Shown one piece after another: positions 35,474 to 45,275 of a stretch of DNA of 53,476 nucleotides. The translations under genes were made by a program, and so were the position numbers. How positions within the stretch are numbered: position 1 is the first letter of the stretch; the number at the start of each line of letters is the position of its first letter. This DNA comes from a virus (Duplodnaviria; Caudoviricetes): positions 1 to 53,476 of the IMG/VR virus record IMGVR_UViG_3300048574_000531. One strand, 5' to 3'. A model generated the notes under the pieces. That model saw only the letters and a list, made by a program, of their open reading frames with translations, did not search any database and was not told where the DNA came from.

Positions 35474-35670
35474 ACCTCTTTATCAGCCGCTATCAGTCGA
35501 ACAACCTCTCCCTTATCCGGCGTATACGCGAACGGCAGATCGCCGCCCGGCCGAGTGATCGTGTACCGGCATTCAGGTATGCGGCACTCTGCGACGGTGT
35601 ATCCGCTGTCGGTAATCCAGCAGTGCGGGATGGGGTTGCCGTCGCGGTCCTTCTTAGCCGCCCACTTCAC
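35464..35670 (-). CDS. Hypothetical nin-region protein
   Basis: GTG start coupled to the upstream stop. Confidence 0.6.
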   Translation of the reverse strand: MKWAAKKDRDGNPIPHCWITDSGYTVAECRIPECRYTITRPGGDLPFAYTPDKGEVVRLIAADKEVCA

Positions 35671-35975
35671 GCAGCCGCTCCCTTCACTGTCATCAGCCCG
35701 GAACGCAGCCAGATATCCTGAGTTTCTGCGACGGCCCTGATTACGTCTCGCCAATCGATCTCGACCCGGCGACGGCCATCAAGAGCGTCATGACATGCAG
35801 AACATGAAAAACATGCAATCTGATCCGGGCCCTTCATTCCCATCCCTTTCATCCCGCACGGGACGTGCGCGAGAACCGTGGTTTCAGGGTTCCGGTTGCA
35901 TATACCGTAGAAACGCAAAGTACATTCCTGGCCCCGCGCACTGTCGCGCAGCTTCTTGCTGACGATGCGAGTCAT
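35667..35975 (-). CDS. DUF1364-family nuclease-like protein
   Basis: LRDSARGQECTLR...CN..PETTVLAH...CSACHD..DGR. Confidence 0.88.
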   Translation of the reverse strand: MTRIVSKKLRDSARGQECTLRFYGICNRNPETTVLAHVPCGMKGMGMKGPDQIACFSCSACHDALDGRRRVEIDWRDVIRAVAETQDIWLRSGLMTVKGAAA

Positions 35976-36580
35976 GCCGCCACCTCCCGATCGAACAATT
36001 CCGCCATCTGCTCTACCTGCTCCGGCGTGCATTGCGGCCAGTACCGGACGCATAGGTGGGCGCAGATACCGCGATAGAACTGCTCGAATTGGTCCTGCGG
36101 CATGCGGTCGAACGCCAGCGATTGAGGAACCTGCACATCGATTGCCTTGATCTCCGGCAGAACCGCCCGGAGCATCCGCGTGGCCGCTTCGCCGAGCAGG
36201 GCTTCGGCCGCCTTCAGGATCGCTTCCACCACAGGGCCGGCATCGATCTGCTCGACCTCGCAGCAGATGCTGGATTCGCGCTGCAAGCGTTTGATGGCCG
36301 CGTGGCAATCCAGCTGCTCAAATCCCTCGACCTGGGCGACGACGAGTTGACCGAGCAGGTGCGCTTTGCGGTGCTGGCCCAGGATGCGGGGCTTCGTAAC
36401 TTCGGCGCGCAGCTCATCGCCAACCTTGTAGCCACGCTCACGCATCAGGCGGCGGTCGGTAGCGAAGCGCGGAACCAGGGCGCCTACGATCTCGCCGGTC
36501 TCTAGTGTGGCGCGCTCGACGCGGAGCATGATGTGGCGGGGGTCTTTGCGCTTACGGTGCTGGGCGAGTTGGTCAGCCAT
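35972..36580 (-). CDS. Hypothetical nin-region protein
   Basis: Coupled ORF; PQSLAFDRM.Q..FE.FY resembles DUF1367/NinB-like C-termini. Confidence 0.65.
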   Translation of the reverse strand: MADQLAQHRKRKDPRHIMLRVERATLETGEIVGALVPRFATDRRLMRERGYKVGDELRAEVTKPRILGQHRKAHLLGQLVVAQVEGFEQLDCHAAIKRLQRESSICCEVEQIDAGPVVEAILKAAEALLGEAATRMLRAVLPEIKAIDVQVPQSLAFDRMPQDQFEQFYRGICAHLCVRYWPQCTPEQVEQMAELFDREVAA

Positions 36581-36767
36581 TGCTCTGGTCCTCCCCGCTG
36601 ACCAGTTCGCGCAGCAACTGCAACTGGCTGCGCAGTTCGATCAGCTCGATAGATTGCTCACGGTAGACGCTGAAGTGCTTTTCGACGGCGGCGCGCAGCT
36701 GCTCGTTTTCCAGCTCCAGGCGGCGCATCTTGGTCTTCTCTTTAGCGGTCATGCGTGAGTCAGCCAT
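36573..36767 (-). CDS. Small coiled-coil protein
   Basis: Coupled ORF. Confidence 0.6.
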   Translation of the reverse strand: MADSRMTAKEKTKMRRLELENEQLRAAVEKHFSVYREQSIELIELRSQLQLLRELVSGEDQSNG

Positions 36768-37439
36768 CTATGCGGCCTCCCACAGTCGAAGCTGCCGGCG
36801 CAGGTGCGGTGCATTGGCCTCGAACACGGCCTGAGCAAAACCCTTCGGCGTAGCGCTGCGGAAGTTGGCGCGATCAGGGCCGGGCGGCGCGGCGTGAATG
36901 CGGTTGTCTGGCTCGCCAAGGTCGATGGCCTTGAACTCGTCCGGCATTACGAAGCCGCCGCCAGTCCATAGGCAGGTCTGCTTGGTGTAGTTGTCATCAG
37001 CGCAGAACCCGGTGAACTCGTGCGGATGGAAGGTGTGATCTGGCGCGCCGAAGATGCTCGAGAACACCGACACCGGGTTTTCGAAGAACCATGGTGCACC
37101 GCTGATCTGGCCAACCATGCGGCATTGCTCAGCCACCAGTGCGGCCTTGGTCTGGAAGTGCTTGTCGGCCTCTGCCTTGGCAGCGAACCAGCGAGCGCCA
37201 GAGACGGCCACGTCAGTGCAGGGCGGGAAGCCGGCCACAAACACCACGCGGCGACCGCGGATGATCTCGCCGAGGCGGCAGGCGGCCTCTAGTACGGTGC
37301 AAGGAAGGCGCTCTACCCGACCGTCGTTGCTGTACTTGCCGTGCTGCGGGTCAACCAGCACGGCGTCATAGCCTGCCTCGACCCACGGCTTGACCATGGC
37401 GCCGGTCAGATCGCAGAGGGAGATGATTACGCCGTTCAT
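36768..37439 (-). CDS. Compact DNA cytosine-5 methyltransferase-like protein
   Basis: FPPCT (motif IV) and ENPV (motif VI). Confidence 0.8.
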   Translation of the reverse strand: MNGVIISLCDLTGAMVKPWVEAGYDAVLVDPQHGKYSNDGRVERLPCTVLEAACRLGEIIRGRRVVFVAGFPPCTDVAVSGARWFAAKAEADKHFQTKAALVAEQCRMVGQISGAPWFFENPVSVFSSIFGAPDHTFHPHEFTGFCADDNYTKQTCLWTGGGFVMPDEFKAIDLGEPDNRIHAAPPGPDRANFRSATPKGFAQAVFEANAPHLRRQLRLWEAA

Positions 37440-37696
37440 GCCCGGCGCTCCCGCTTGTCGTGGTCGTCCTGGCAGGAGATGCAGCGCACGGCGTTCTTGA
37501 CGGCATGTAGCCGGCGCGGGTCGATGTCCTCGCCACAATCAAGGCAGTCCGGCCGGCCCTGCCCCTGCAGCCTGGCCTGTACCAGCGCAACGCCCCCAAT
37601 CCGATCAGCCTCCTCTAACCCGGTGGCGCGGTCTGTTACATCGGGAGCTGTGCGGGCCGGCTCGAAGGCTTCGGTGATTTCCATAAAGTCGGTCAT
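37436..37696 (-). CDS. TraR/DksA C4 zinc-finger protein
   Basis: D..D.A; CLDCGEDIDPRRL.....RCISCQ. Confidence 0.88.
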   Translation of the reverse strand: MTDFMEITEAFEPARTAPDVTDRATGLEEADRIGGVALVQARLQGQGRPDCLDCGEDIDPRRLHAVKNAVRCISCQDDHDKRERRA

Positions 37697-38082
37697 TTGG
37701 CGGCATCCGACTCGCGTAGCGGACTGCCTTGAAGCCCCTTCCGCTTAAAGTAGTCCATAGCCTTTGCTGGCAGATCGTTATCTGGCGCGGCCTTGGTTAG
37801 CGCCTGGACTAGTCGACGCACTAGCGCGGACAAGTCGTCCACCGTTGCGCGAAGCTCAATCATCTGGCGCTCTTCGGTGGCCGTGTGCCTCCGATACAGG
37901 CCTTCCAGGCTTTCGGCATACGCGATCAGCTCGAGAATGGCGTCCGGGTTGGCCTTGAGCAGGTAGCGCGCATCAGTGCCAAGCATTTCGGCCTCTTCGA
38001 TCGTGCCTTCCCACCCGTGGGACCGGATCACTTGCGTGTGCGCAGCCTCTGCCGCTTCCTTCAATTCGTCGTACTTGCTCAT
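37693..38082 (-). CDS. Ead/Ea22-like protein
   Basis: MSKYDELKEAAEAA...ANPDAILELI. Confidence 0.65.
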   Translation of the reverse strand: MSKYDELKEAAEAAHTQVIRSHGWEGTIEEAEMLGTDARYLLKANPDAILELIAYAESLEGLYRRHTATEERQMIELRATVDDLSALVRRLVQALTKAAPDNDLPAKAMDYFKRKGLQGSPLRESDAAK

Positions 38083-38161
38083 TTCCGTGCTCCTACGCCG
38101 CGCTGGGTGCTTCCGTCAGCACAGACGACGCGATGGTCATTGCCGATCGAGTTGATGTGAT

Positions 38162-39067
38162 TCATGCGGTCTCCCTGATGCCGCGTAGCAGCAGATCGTT
38201 GTAGTCAGTGCCTCGCGGGCAGTCGTGGCGGACATCACACGCGATGCCCTGGAGCGAGAGGCGCTTTGCCAGCGCAAAGGCGGCGGCCTCTCCGGTGTAG
38301 TTCTGGTCAACATCCGCGAAGACCGTCACGCGCTCGACCCCTGCCGGAACCTTGAAGCGCTCCATGCGGCCTGCATCCCCGGTAGCCCAGCAGGGAATGC
38401 CAAACAGCTCGGTAACACTGAGGGCGGTTTCGATACCTTCAGCCAGGCCGATATGGCTCTCGACGGCGGTCAGGCGGATCACGCATTCGCCGGTCTGGCC
38501 AGGCGAGTACAGCCGCGGGGCGTCAATGGCGGCTTTCTCGCCGCGCTCGCTCAAGTAGGTCATGTGGTAGCCATGGCATTTGCCATCTACGTCGCGCAGG
38601 GCTGCGACCATTGCAGGCAGGGTGCGGCGCTCTTGCGAGTGCCACGCCGCAGGGTGGTAGCGCAGGAATTCGCGCGGAACTCGGCGGATGGCCCGGCTGC
38701 GCAAGTAGGTAACGACAGGGCTGATATCGCCGACAGGCAGCAGGCCGGCACCGATGCGGCGCAGGAGTTCGCCCGTGTCGCGGCGCTCAGGCTGCTGGAC
38801 GCTGTAGTTGCCGTATGCTTTATCAAGCTCCGCAGCAACCTCCCGGAAATCCCGGCCAGTCAGGCGCATCATCAGCTTCATGCCGTCGCCTGCCCCGCAG
38901 CCGGCGCAAAAGTAAGAGCCGGTGCCGTCCTTATCGTCGAAGCGGAAGCGGTCTTTGCCGCCGCACATCGGGCATGGGCAGTGCTTGCCAGACAGTTCCC
39001 GGTCGGTCATGCCGGCGTACTTGAGGGCGTCGTGCCAACGGCCGCGCATCAGTTCGGCAGTCTTCAT
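38162..39067 (-). CDS. Primase (Zn-binding + Toprim)
   Basis: HCPCPMCGGKDRFRFDD; AEGIETALS; VFADVD; DYND. Confidence 0.92.
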   Translation of the reverse strand: MKTAELMRGRWHDALKYAGMTDRELSGKHCPCPMCGGKDRFRFDDKDGTGSYFCAGCGAGDGMKLMMRLTGRDFREVAAELDKAYGNYSVQQPERRDTGELLRRIGAGLLPVGDISPVVTYLRSRAIRRVPREFLRYHPAAWHSQERRTLPAMVAALRDVDGKCHGYHMTYLSERGEKAAIDAPRLYSPGQTGECVIRLTAVESHIGLAEGIETALSVTELFGIPCWATGDAGRMERFKVPAGVERVTVFADVDQNYTGEAAAFALAKRLSLQGIACDVRHDCPRGTDYNDLLLRGIRETA

Positions 39068-40557
39068 GCTGCGGCCCTCTGCGATTCACGGCTTTTGGCG
39101 AAGGCGATGTTCTTGTGCTTGATCCAGCCCATGACCTCGGGGGTCGGCTGCATCGGGGAGACGCCTTTCTTCTCGCGCGGGGCGTGCCCGGTGTACTCCT
39201 GGCACTTGTAATAGGCCCAGCCGTCCTTCTTACCCGTGCTGCGCGCGTACCACAAAAGCTGCGCGTAGACTTCGCGGCGCTGATCGGTAGTGAAGGTCTT
39301 GCGCTTGGCAACCTCGCCGAGCGGCACGAGCTTGCCGTCTACCCACTCAACATCCTGATGCGGGAGCGGCTGATGCCCGCAGGCAGGGCAACGGCTAGTC
39401 GAGAACACGTAGCCGCATTTACCGCATGGGCGAGGCTCGCGCTCGGCCTTTACCTTGTCGCGCTTCTTGCGGTCGGGGTTATCGCCCTTGCCTTGATCCA
39501 GTTCGGCAGGAAGATCATCGGTCGGGAGGCCGTTGCGCAGGCAGTTCCCGGCGTGATCGATAATGATGCAGTCGGCCTTTCCGTCAGCAGTGCGCAGTCC
39601 TCGACCCATCATCTGGTAATGCATCATCAATGACTTCGTGGGGCGAGCCAGGACAACGCAAGCGGTTTCAGGGGCATCGAAGCCCTTGGTCAGCACGGCC
39701 ACGTTGCACAGCACGCGAATGCGGCCGGCGCGGAAGGCATCAATGATTTGCGTGCGCTCGGCAATGTCGGTGTACCCATCAACGTGCGCGGCCCTTACCC
39801 CAGCCAGGGAGAATTGGCGGGCCAGTTCGCGCGAGTGCGCCACGTTGCAACCGAAAACGATGGTCTGGCGACCCTCCGCGAGCCGGCACCAGTTCTCAAC
39901 CACGTCGCCAATCAGCTTGGCATCGCCCATGACTTCGGCGAGGGCGTCTTCTACCCAATCACCGCCGTTGCTTTTCACGCCAGTCAGGTCGGGGACGCTA
40001 GGTGCATAGCAGAGTGCAGGGACCAGATAACCTTGCTCGGTGAGGCTGCGCAGGGTCGCGGTTACGACCAGGCGGTCAAACACCAGACCCATGCCCTTAC
40101 GGAACGGAGTGGCGGACAGGCCGATGACCGGAACGCCCTCCTTCACGCACGCCTCAATGATGCGAACGTGGTCCTTGTGCAGCACATGGCACTCATCGAT
40201 GACCAGCAAGTCAGGGCGGAATGCGGCGCAGATGCGATCCCATCGGGCGCGCAGCGTCTGGATCGTGCACACCTGAACGGGCTTGGCGTAGTTCGTCAGT
40301 TCGTGCTGCCCCTGGATCACACCAACGTCCAGGCCGTCAGCTTCGAAGCGGGCAACGGCTTGCTCGACAAGCTCAAGGCTGTCCACGACGAAAAAAGCCC
40401 GCTTCCCCTTAAGCATGGCGCCTTGCTTCATCGCGGAAGCAATGGTGGTTTTGCCTGCCCCGGTTGGGGCCATCAGAACCTGTGTTTTGTGACCAGCAGC
40501 GATACCGCGACGGAGTTCGTCAAGGGCTTGCTGCTGGTAGTCTCTGAGCTGTTGCAT
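39064..40557 (-). CDS. SF2 DEAD/DEAH helicase
   Basis: PTGAGKT, DECH, SAT, QMMGRGLR; C-terminal Zn finger. Confidence 0.95.
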   Translation of the reverse strand: MQQLRDYQQQALDELRRGIAAGHKTQVLMAPTGAGKTTIASAMKQGAMLKGKRAFFVVDSLELVEQAVARFEADGLDVGVIQGQHELTNYAKPVQVCTIQTLRARWDRICAAFRPDLLVIDECHVLHKDHVRIIEACVKEGVPVIGLSATPFRKGMGLVFDRLVVTATLRSLTEQGYLVPALCYAPSVPDLTGVKSNGGDWVEDALAEVMGDAKLIGDVVENWCRLAEGRQTIVFGCNVAHSRELARQFSLAGVRAAHVDGYTDIAERTQIIDAFRAGRIRVLCNVAVLTKGFDAPETACVVLARPTKSLMMHYQMMGRGLRTADGKADCIIIDHAGNCLRNGLPTDDLPAELDQGKGDNPDRKKRDKVKAEREPRPCGKCGYVFSTSRCPACGHQPLPHQDVEWVDGKLVPLGEVAKRKTFTTDQRREVYAQLLWYARSTGKKDGWAYYKCQEYTGHAPREKKGVSPMQPTPEVMGWIKHKNIAFAKSRESQRAAA

Positions 40558-41145
40558 GTATAATTTCCTCGCTCGTTTCTGAGTAACGCCCCGCTTGCCT
40601 AGCCGCTGTGGGGCGTTTTTGTTTCCAGCCTCCCAAGGCCCATCCAGGGGAGTGCTGTGTGTGGTGCCTCGCGTGTGCGTTACACCGTGCTCTGGTACTT
40701 ACTCACCCTTGGCTGGGGTGCTGTTTCGGGGCACATCTTCCCCATACCCACCTGAGCGGGTACGGAGCTTTCAGCAGTGCGCCTGTCTCGTCGGCGGTGC
40801 TGGCAACAGTCGAATCGCTCGCTGTCACTTGGGCAGGATTCACGTCAGCGACGACGCATCCCGGAGCTGCCCACTGGTGATAGCCACATCACCCGCTTCC
40901 CCCTCCTGCCGGCCTTGGGAGCCTTTTGCCGGCTTGTCCTGTCAGGGCTGACGCCAAGCGTTCGTTTCACCGTCAAACGCCAGCCCGATGCTTAGGGCAT
41001 CACTCCATTCCGGCGCGCCTGCTCGGAGAAGGCGCTTTACCTGTCACTGGCCGACAGGGCGGGGAACTCATTCCGAATCAGCCACCCTGCTCGGTGGCTT
41101 TTTCATGTCCGGAATTCGACTATTCAGGCCCTCAACAGGGCCTCT

Positions 41146-41325
41146 TCAGCCCTTTCGCCTGAACGGCTGTACTTTTCCCCGGCACGGCTTCGGCCTGGTT
41201 TTCACGACCAGCTCCTGTTCAACCATCAGCGCCAGGGCCTCTTCAGGGGTAACCCCTTTTTCCTTCGCCATTCGCTCCAGGCCGTCAACGGCCCTTGCGC
41301 TCAGGCTTGTTGTGATCTCTCGCAT
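41146..41325 (-). CDS. Small DNA-binding-like protein (59 aa, not in ORF track)
   Basis: Translated by hand: MREITTSLSARAVDGLERMAKEKGVTPEEALALM. Confidence 0.55.
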   Translation of the reverse strand: MREITTSLSARAVDGLERMAKEKGVTPEEALALMVEQELVVKTRPKPCRGKVQPFRRKG

Positions 41326-41348
41326 GCCATAGGCCCTCAGTAGCGCCT

Positions 41349-41537
41349 TCAGGCCGCGGTGTGTTCTTCGTTACCTTCATCCGCTAGGCGCTCAAGCGCT
41401 GCCTCGACCAGATCGCGGACGAGGACGGCCTTTTGCGTGCGATGAAAACGCGCCAACGCGCCGATCAGGTCATAGGTGGCCTCATCGACACGGAGCTTGA
41501 TTTCCCGGTCCTTCAGGTGTGATGGGTTGTCGTACAT
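41349..41537 (-). CDS. RHH-like regulator in cII position
   Basis: MYDNPSHLKDREIKLRVDE...QKAVLVRDLV; AGGA RBS. Confidence 0.7.
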   Translation of the reverse strand: MYDNPSHLKDREIKLRVDEATYDLIGALARFHRTQKAVLVRDLVEAALERLADEGNEEHTAA

Positions 41538-41548
41538 GGTCGATTTCC

Positions 41549-41779
41549 TTATGCAGCCGTTTTCTTGGGGCTTGACTCGGCGAGCAGCCATTCAGCCGTG
41601 AACTCGCCACTAGATGCTTCTGCAAGTATTTGGGCGTAACACGTCTCGCCCGTGTATTCGGTGCGCGGCAGGGCAGCAGCTGCCAGCCACTTGTAAATAG
41701 CCCGCTGACTTACGCCACAAATCGCGGAGGCCTTAGCGACCCCGCCGACCTTATCGATCGATTCCTTTAGAGCACTCAT
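41549..41779 (-). CDS. cro: Cro-like repressor
   Basis: [22 protein letters not shown]; divergent from cI. Confidence 0.85.
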   Translation of the reverse strand: MSALKESIDKVGGVAKASAICGVSQRAIYKWLAAAALPRTEYTGETCYAQILAEASSGEFTAEWLLAESSPKKTAA

Positions 41780-41801
41780 GGAGGCCTCCGGCTATGAATT
41801 C

Positions 41802-41873
41802 TGTACTTACGGTACATGTTAAGCCGGAACTGAATGTTCATGCAAGCAAGTGCGAACATGAACGAATGGTTCA
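41802..41873. promoter_or_regulatory. OR: three 15-bp operators
   Basis: TGTACTTACGGTACA (41802), GGAACTGAATGTTCA (41826), TGAACGAATGGTTCA (41859). Confidence 0.8.
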
Positions 41874-42591
41874 ATCACAAGATTTACGCACCGAATTCGC
41901 CAGCCGCCTCAAGAAAGCCCTTTCAGAAATGGGAATTCCTGAGTGGGGCGCCGGCGCTCGCCTTTCCGAAATTACGGGCAAGACAGCGAAGGCCGCGAGT
42001 AAATGGCTTAACGCCGAGACGATGCCGGGCCGCGAGAACATGAAGGCTATAGCGTCCGCATTGAAAGTCCGCATCGAATGGCTTCAGTACGGCGAAGGCT
42101 CGATGCTTTCAGTGGGCGACCCGCCAGCCTCGCCCAATACTGGCCAATCCCCCAGCTCCGACGACTACGCCCTCATCCCGCAGTACAGCGCGCAGGGGCA
42201 TTGCGGCGAAGGCCTGCTGAACGATCATGTTGAGGTCAACGGCGGGCTGGCATTCAAGCGCGACTGGCTGCGCCGAATGGGCGCCAAACCCCAGCATCTG
42301 TTCGTCATCTACGCCAGCGGCAGCAGCATGGAGCCGTTCATATTCGACGGTGACGTAGTGCTCTTCGACAGCTCCGACACTGAGCCGCGTGATCGCCAGG
42401 TTTACGCCATCCGGCGCCCGGACGGTGGCGTGAGCATCAAGCGTATGGCGCAGCAAATATCTGGCAGCTGGCTGATCCGCAGCGACAACTCGGACAAGGC
42501 CAGATATCCCGATGAGGAAGTTTCAGCGGCATCGATGCACGAGGTCCCGATCATGGGGCGCGTGATCTGGCGCGGCGGGGCGATGATTTAG
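41866..42591 (+). CDS. cI: CI repressor (HTH + S24 peptidase)
   Basis: N-terminal HTH, CG cleavage-type site, GSSMEP Ser and IKR Lys. Confidence 0.93.
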   Translation: MVQSQDLRTEFASRLKKALSEMGIPEWGAGARLSEITGKTAKAASKWLNAETMPGRENMKAIASALKVRIEWLQYGEGSMLSVGDPPASPNTGQSPSSDDYALIPQYSAQGHCGEGLLNDHVEVNGGLAFKRDWLRRMGAKPQHLFVIYASGSSMEPFIFDGDVVLFDSSDTEPRDRQVYAIRRPDGGVSIKRMAQQISGSWLIRSDNSDKARYPDEEVSAASMHEVPIMGRVIWRGGAMI

Positions 42592-42648
42592 AGAGCGGCG
42601 CCATCGTGGCGCCGAGCAAGGTTAGGGTTTGAGGGAGCGAACCGTCAC

Positions 42649-43458
42649 ATGAGCGAAGTAATCAAGGACGACACGGGTAGCAACACACAGATGGCTTTCG
42701 TCATCGACAACAGGCGACCGGTTCTCGCTTCCGTATACGCGCAGAGCCTTGAAGCGTTATCCAGCGAATACACCCGTTATCTTTCCGCGTTTCACTCTCC
42801 AGCCGATGCCGAATGCACACAAATGTTTGTGCACCAGCTCCGGCCGGGAAGCATCGTTAGCGTGCTGGAGCCATTCGTTGTAGGGGCTCTGCCGCTGTTC
42901 GACGCAGCGAAAACGGTGCTCGAATACAGCGATTACTTGAAGACAATTTTCGACTGGGCCTTGGGAAAAACCGAGGAAAAGCCCAGAATGGCGGACGACG
43001 CCAGGACTATGAAAGACATGGTCAAAATCCTGGAACCAGTAGCGCGCGACCAGGGTGCCCAGATGAACATTGGAACAGTTGAGAACAGCGGGACTATCAA
43101 CTTCACGCTGAACATAGGTTCAACCGAGGCCAACGCAGCACAGAATCACTTCCGGCGTTTCCTTGAGCCATCCAAGCCGCTGCCTGGAGGAGAGCACAAG
43201 ATGGTTGCGCTGCGCTGGTATCAGACGCGCGGCGACGCTAAGGCAAAGTCAGGCGACAAAGCCAGAGTCGAAAGCATTTACCCCGATCCCGTTAAGGTGA
43301 TGTTTGCTTCGCCAGAGCTGAAGGAGCGCATGGTCATCGCAGAGGCGCAGATATACCACAAGGCCTTTATCGTTGATGTCTCTGTCGAAGTGGTGGATGA
43401 CAAGCCTGTCCTGTACGTCGTGAAGGCTTACCATGACGAGATAGACCTAGCGTCTTAG
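42649..43458 (+). CDS. Hypothetical protein co-transcribed with cI
   Basis: GAGGGAG RBS, 269 aa, terminator follows. Confidence 0.8.
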   Translation: MSEVIKDDTGSNTQMAFVIDNRRPVLASVYAQSLEALSSEYTRYLSAFHSPADAECTQMFVHQLRPGSIVSVLEPFVVGALPLFDAAKTVLEYSDYLKTIFDWALGKTEEKPRMADDARTMKDMVKILEPVARDQGAQMNIGTVENSGTINFTLNIGSTEANAAQNHFRRFLEPSKPLPGGEHKMVALRWYQTRGDAKAKSGDKARVESIYPDPVKVMFASPELKERMVIAEAQIYHKAFIVDVSVEVVDDKPVLYVVKAYHDEIDLAS

Positions 43459-43463
43459 CCAAC

Positions 43464-43489
43464 AAGCCCCGCACCTAGCGGGGCTTTTT
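43464..43489 (+). terminator. Intrinsic terminator
   Basis: AAGCCCCGC-accta-GCGGGGCTTTTT. Confidence 0.85.
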
Positions 43490-43568
43490 GTATCTTCAGA
43501 ACCCTTCTATTCCGCACCTTACAGCCAATGTACGGGCCTAGGACTGTCCTAGGCCATGTCGAGCCCGG

Positions 43569-43603
43569 CTGATTCCTGATTCCTGATTCCTGATTCCTGA
43601 TTC
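43569..43603. repeat. Tandem heptamer (CTGATTC)x5
   Basis: Five perfect copies. Confidence 0.95.
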
Positions 43604-43660
43604 CCTCAATAGGGCCTCGGCAGAGCCTCGGGGCGGTTTCGTTCGCCTATTCGAAAAATA

Positions 43661-43703
43661 TGTACTTTTGGTTCTTGACCAATGTGAACGCACGGTTCAT
43701 AGT
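43661..43703 (+). promoter_or_regulatory. PL promoter with OL operators
   Basis: TTGACC-N17-CATAGT; operators TGTACTTTTGGTTCT (43661) and TGAACGCACGGTTCA (43685). Confidence 0.8.
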
Positions 43704-43732
43704 TCACCCATCGACGCAGCAGCACCGCGTCA

Positions 43733-43760
43733 GGGCCTGAAAAGCCCACGCTCTTTAAAA
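43733..43760 (+). promoter_or_regulatory. nut-like site (boxB hairpin then boxA)
   Basis: GGGC-CTGAAAA-GCCC followed by CGCTCTTTAAAA. Confidence 0.7.
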
Positions 43761-44317
43761 CTTTGCGCCATGAACGACTACCCGGCCCAGCCGGATAGGT
43801 CAGCCCCGGCCACATCCTGTGGGGCGACAGAAAGTCAGGATGAACAAAACGCTGCGCCAGAAGGCGACCGGCGCGCACTGAAAGCCGTAGAGGGGTGGAA
43901 GGTGCGCGAGGTGATGACCGAACCGTGTGAATGACCCGGACGGCGTAGCGAGAGAGAAAACGAATCGAATTAGCGCCCCGAGCCTCGGCTATGAGGGCGC
44001 CGGACCTCATGTGGTGTGCCTACTTAACCGGGCGCCAGGGGCTGTGCGCCGCATGTTGTATTTGCCGATGACCACGCCGCAACGCTGATCGAGCGACGTG
44101 AACAGGAAGCCCCGATGCCAAACCAACCATGACTCACGGCCTGCAATCAGCAGCGGGCACGGGGCGCTCCATCCGGAAGATTGGATGACAGCCGGGAAAG
44201 ACCGGCAACCACCTACCGATTCAAGCCACCCGCTGTCGCCAGTAGCGGGCGGGTGGCTGCTTCACCAGATGAGCTTTGAGAGGCTCATGCGGGAAGTTAA
44301 TCGACGAGGCAGCAGCA

Positions 44318-44575
44318 ATGAACGAATTCAGCGTCAGTGACGAAACCCTGAACGAAGCGGCTCAGGCCTGTGCAACCCGCCTGGCGAAGTGGTTCGGCGG
44401 AATAGACGAGGCCATTGCAGAGTTGGAAGCCGACACGGTTGCGCTGACCCAAGTAGCAATCATGGACTTCCGGAAGGCGCAGCAACACATGGTGCTGAAA
44501 GCCCACATGAACCCGCGGGCGGTCGCACGTGAATGCCTGGATCTAATCAAGGCTGGCGGCGAGTTACCGGCCTGA
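44318..44575 (+). CDS. Hypothetical early protein
   Basis: GAGG RBS, first substantial ORF of the PL operon. Confidence 0.65.
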   Translation: MNEFSVSDETLNEAAQACATRLAKWFGGIDEAIAELEADTVALTQVAIMDFRKAQQHMVLKAHMNPRAVARECLDLIKAGGELPA

Positions 44576-44618
44576 TCGGCCCTGCGGTATCAATCAAGAA
44601 TCAGTGGAGGGTAAGAAA

Positions 44619-44735
44619 ATGGTCAAGATCAAGCGCACTGTGTTCGACGTGTGGAAGGTCAATAACGAAATGTGGGTCTCCCGCAATCACGCCGCCTTCT
44701 TCACCGCGCGTGGTTGGGAAATCTGCCCTGACTAA
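44619..44735 (+). CDS. 38-aa early peptide
   Basis: GGAGG RBS; MVKIKRTVFDVWKVNNEMWVSRNHAAFFTARGWEICPD. Confidence 0.55.
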   Translation: MVKIKRTVFDVWKVNNEMWVSRNHAAFFTARGWEICPD

Positions 44736-45275
44736 CCCGCAGCCCTGCCGGTAGAAAGGCCTGCCCCCACCGTGCCCGTTCGGCATGCATCGACGTTAGC
44801 GCCAGTGACCTACAGCAGGCAGAGCAGGATTGCAGTCCCGGCTCAAAGCGCATCGATGTTCGAGTAAACGTGGAAGCCAGGGTGTCCGCTGACTGGCGGA
44901 GTTCCCAAGACGGTGGTAGCCGCGCCACTGGCGACAGAGCGGACCGATCCATCCGCCAGGGTGTATCGGAGAGTGATCGTCCGCTATTGCTATCGCTCGA
45001 ATCTGGCGTGGCGACGGCCTAGAAAAGCGGTCCAGAACGATCACTCTACCGATACAAATGAATGCGCAGTGCTGATGCGCAGAAAGGAATGCCCAGGTTG
45101 GAAACGATGCTATCCGACACCGCCTTAAGTGGGGGTGACAGCAGGGCCAGACAAGCCGGATACCAGCACCGTCCACCTGCATCCGACTCGCCGCCGTAAG
45201 CGGCTCCCCCCTTCCCCTATTCGCCAGCACCTCGCCGTGAGGCTGTGTGCTGCCCAATGAAAAAGGAGACGCACC

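Noticed and set aside
43569-43603. Possible CRISPR array or mini-array
   Set aside because: Contiguous 7-mers with no spacers; I saw no repeat-spacer pattern anywhere in the window.
43780-44200. GGA-rich Rsm sponge RNA
   Set aside because: About nine GGAs in 420 nt is near chance expectation, and they are not in regular hairpin loops.
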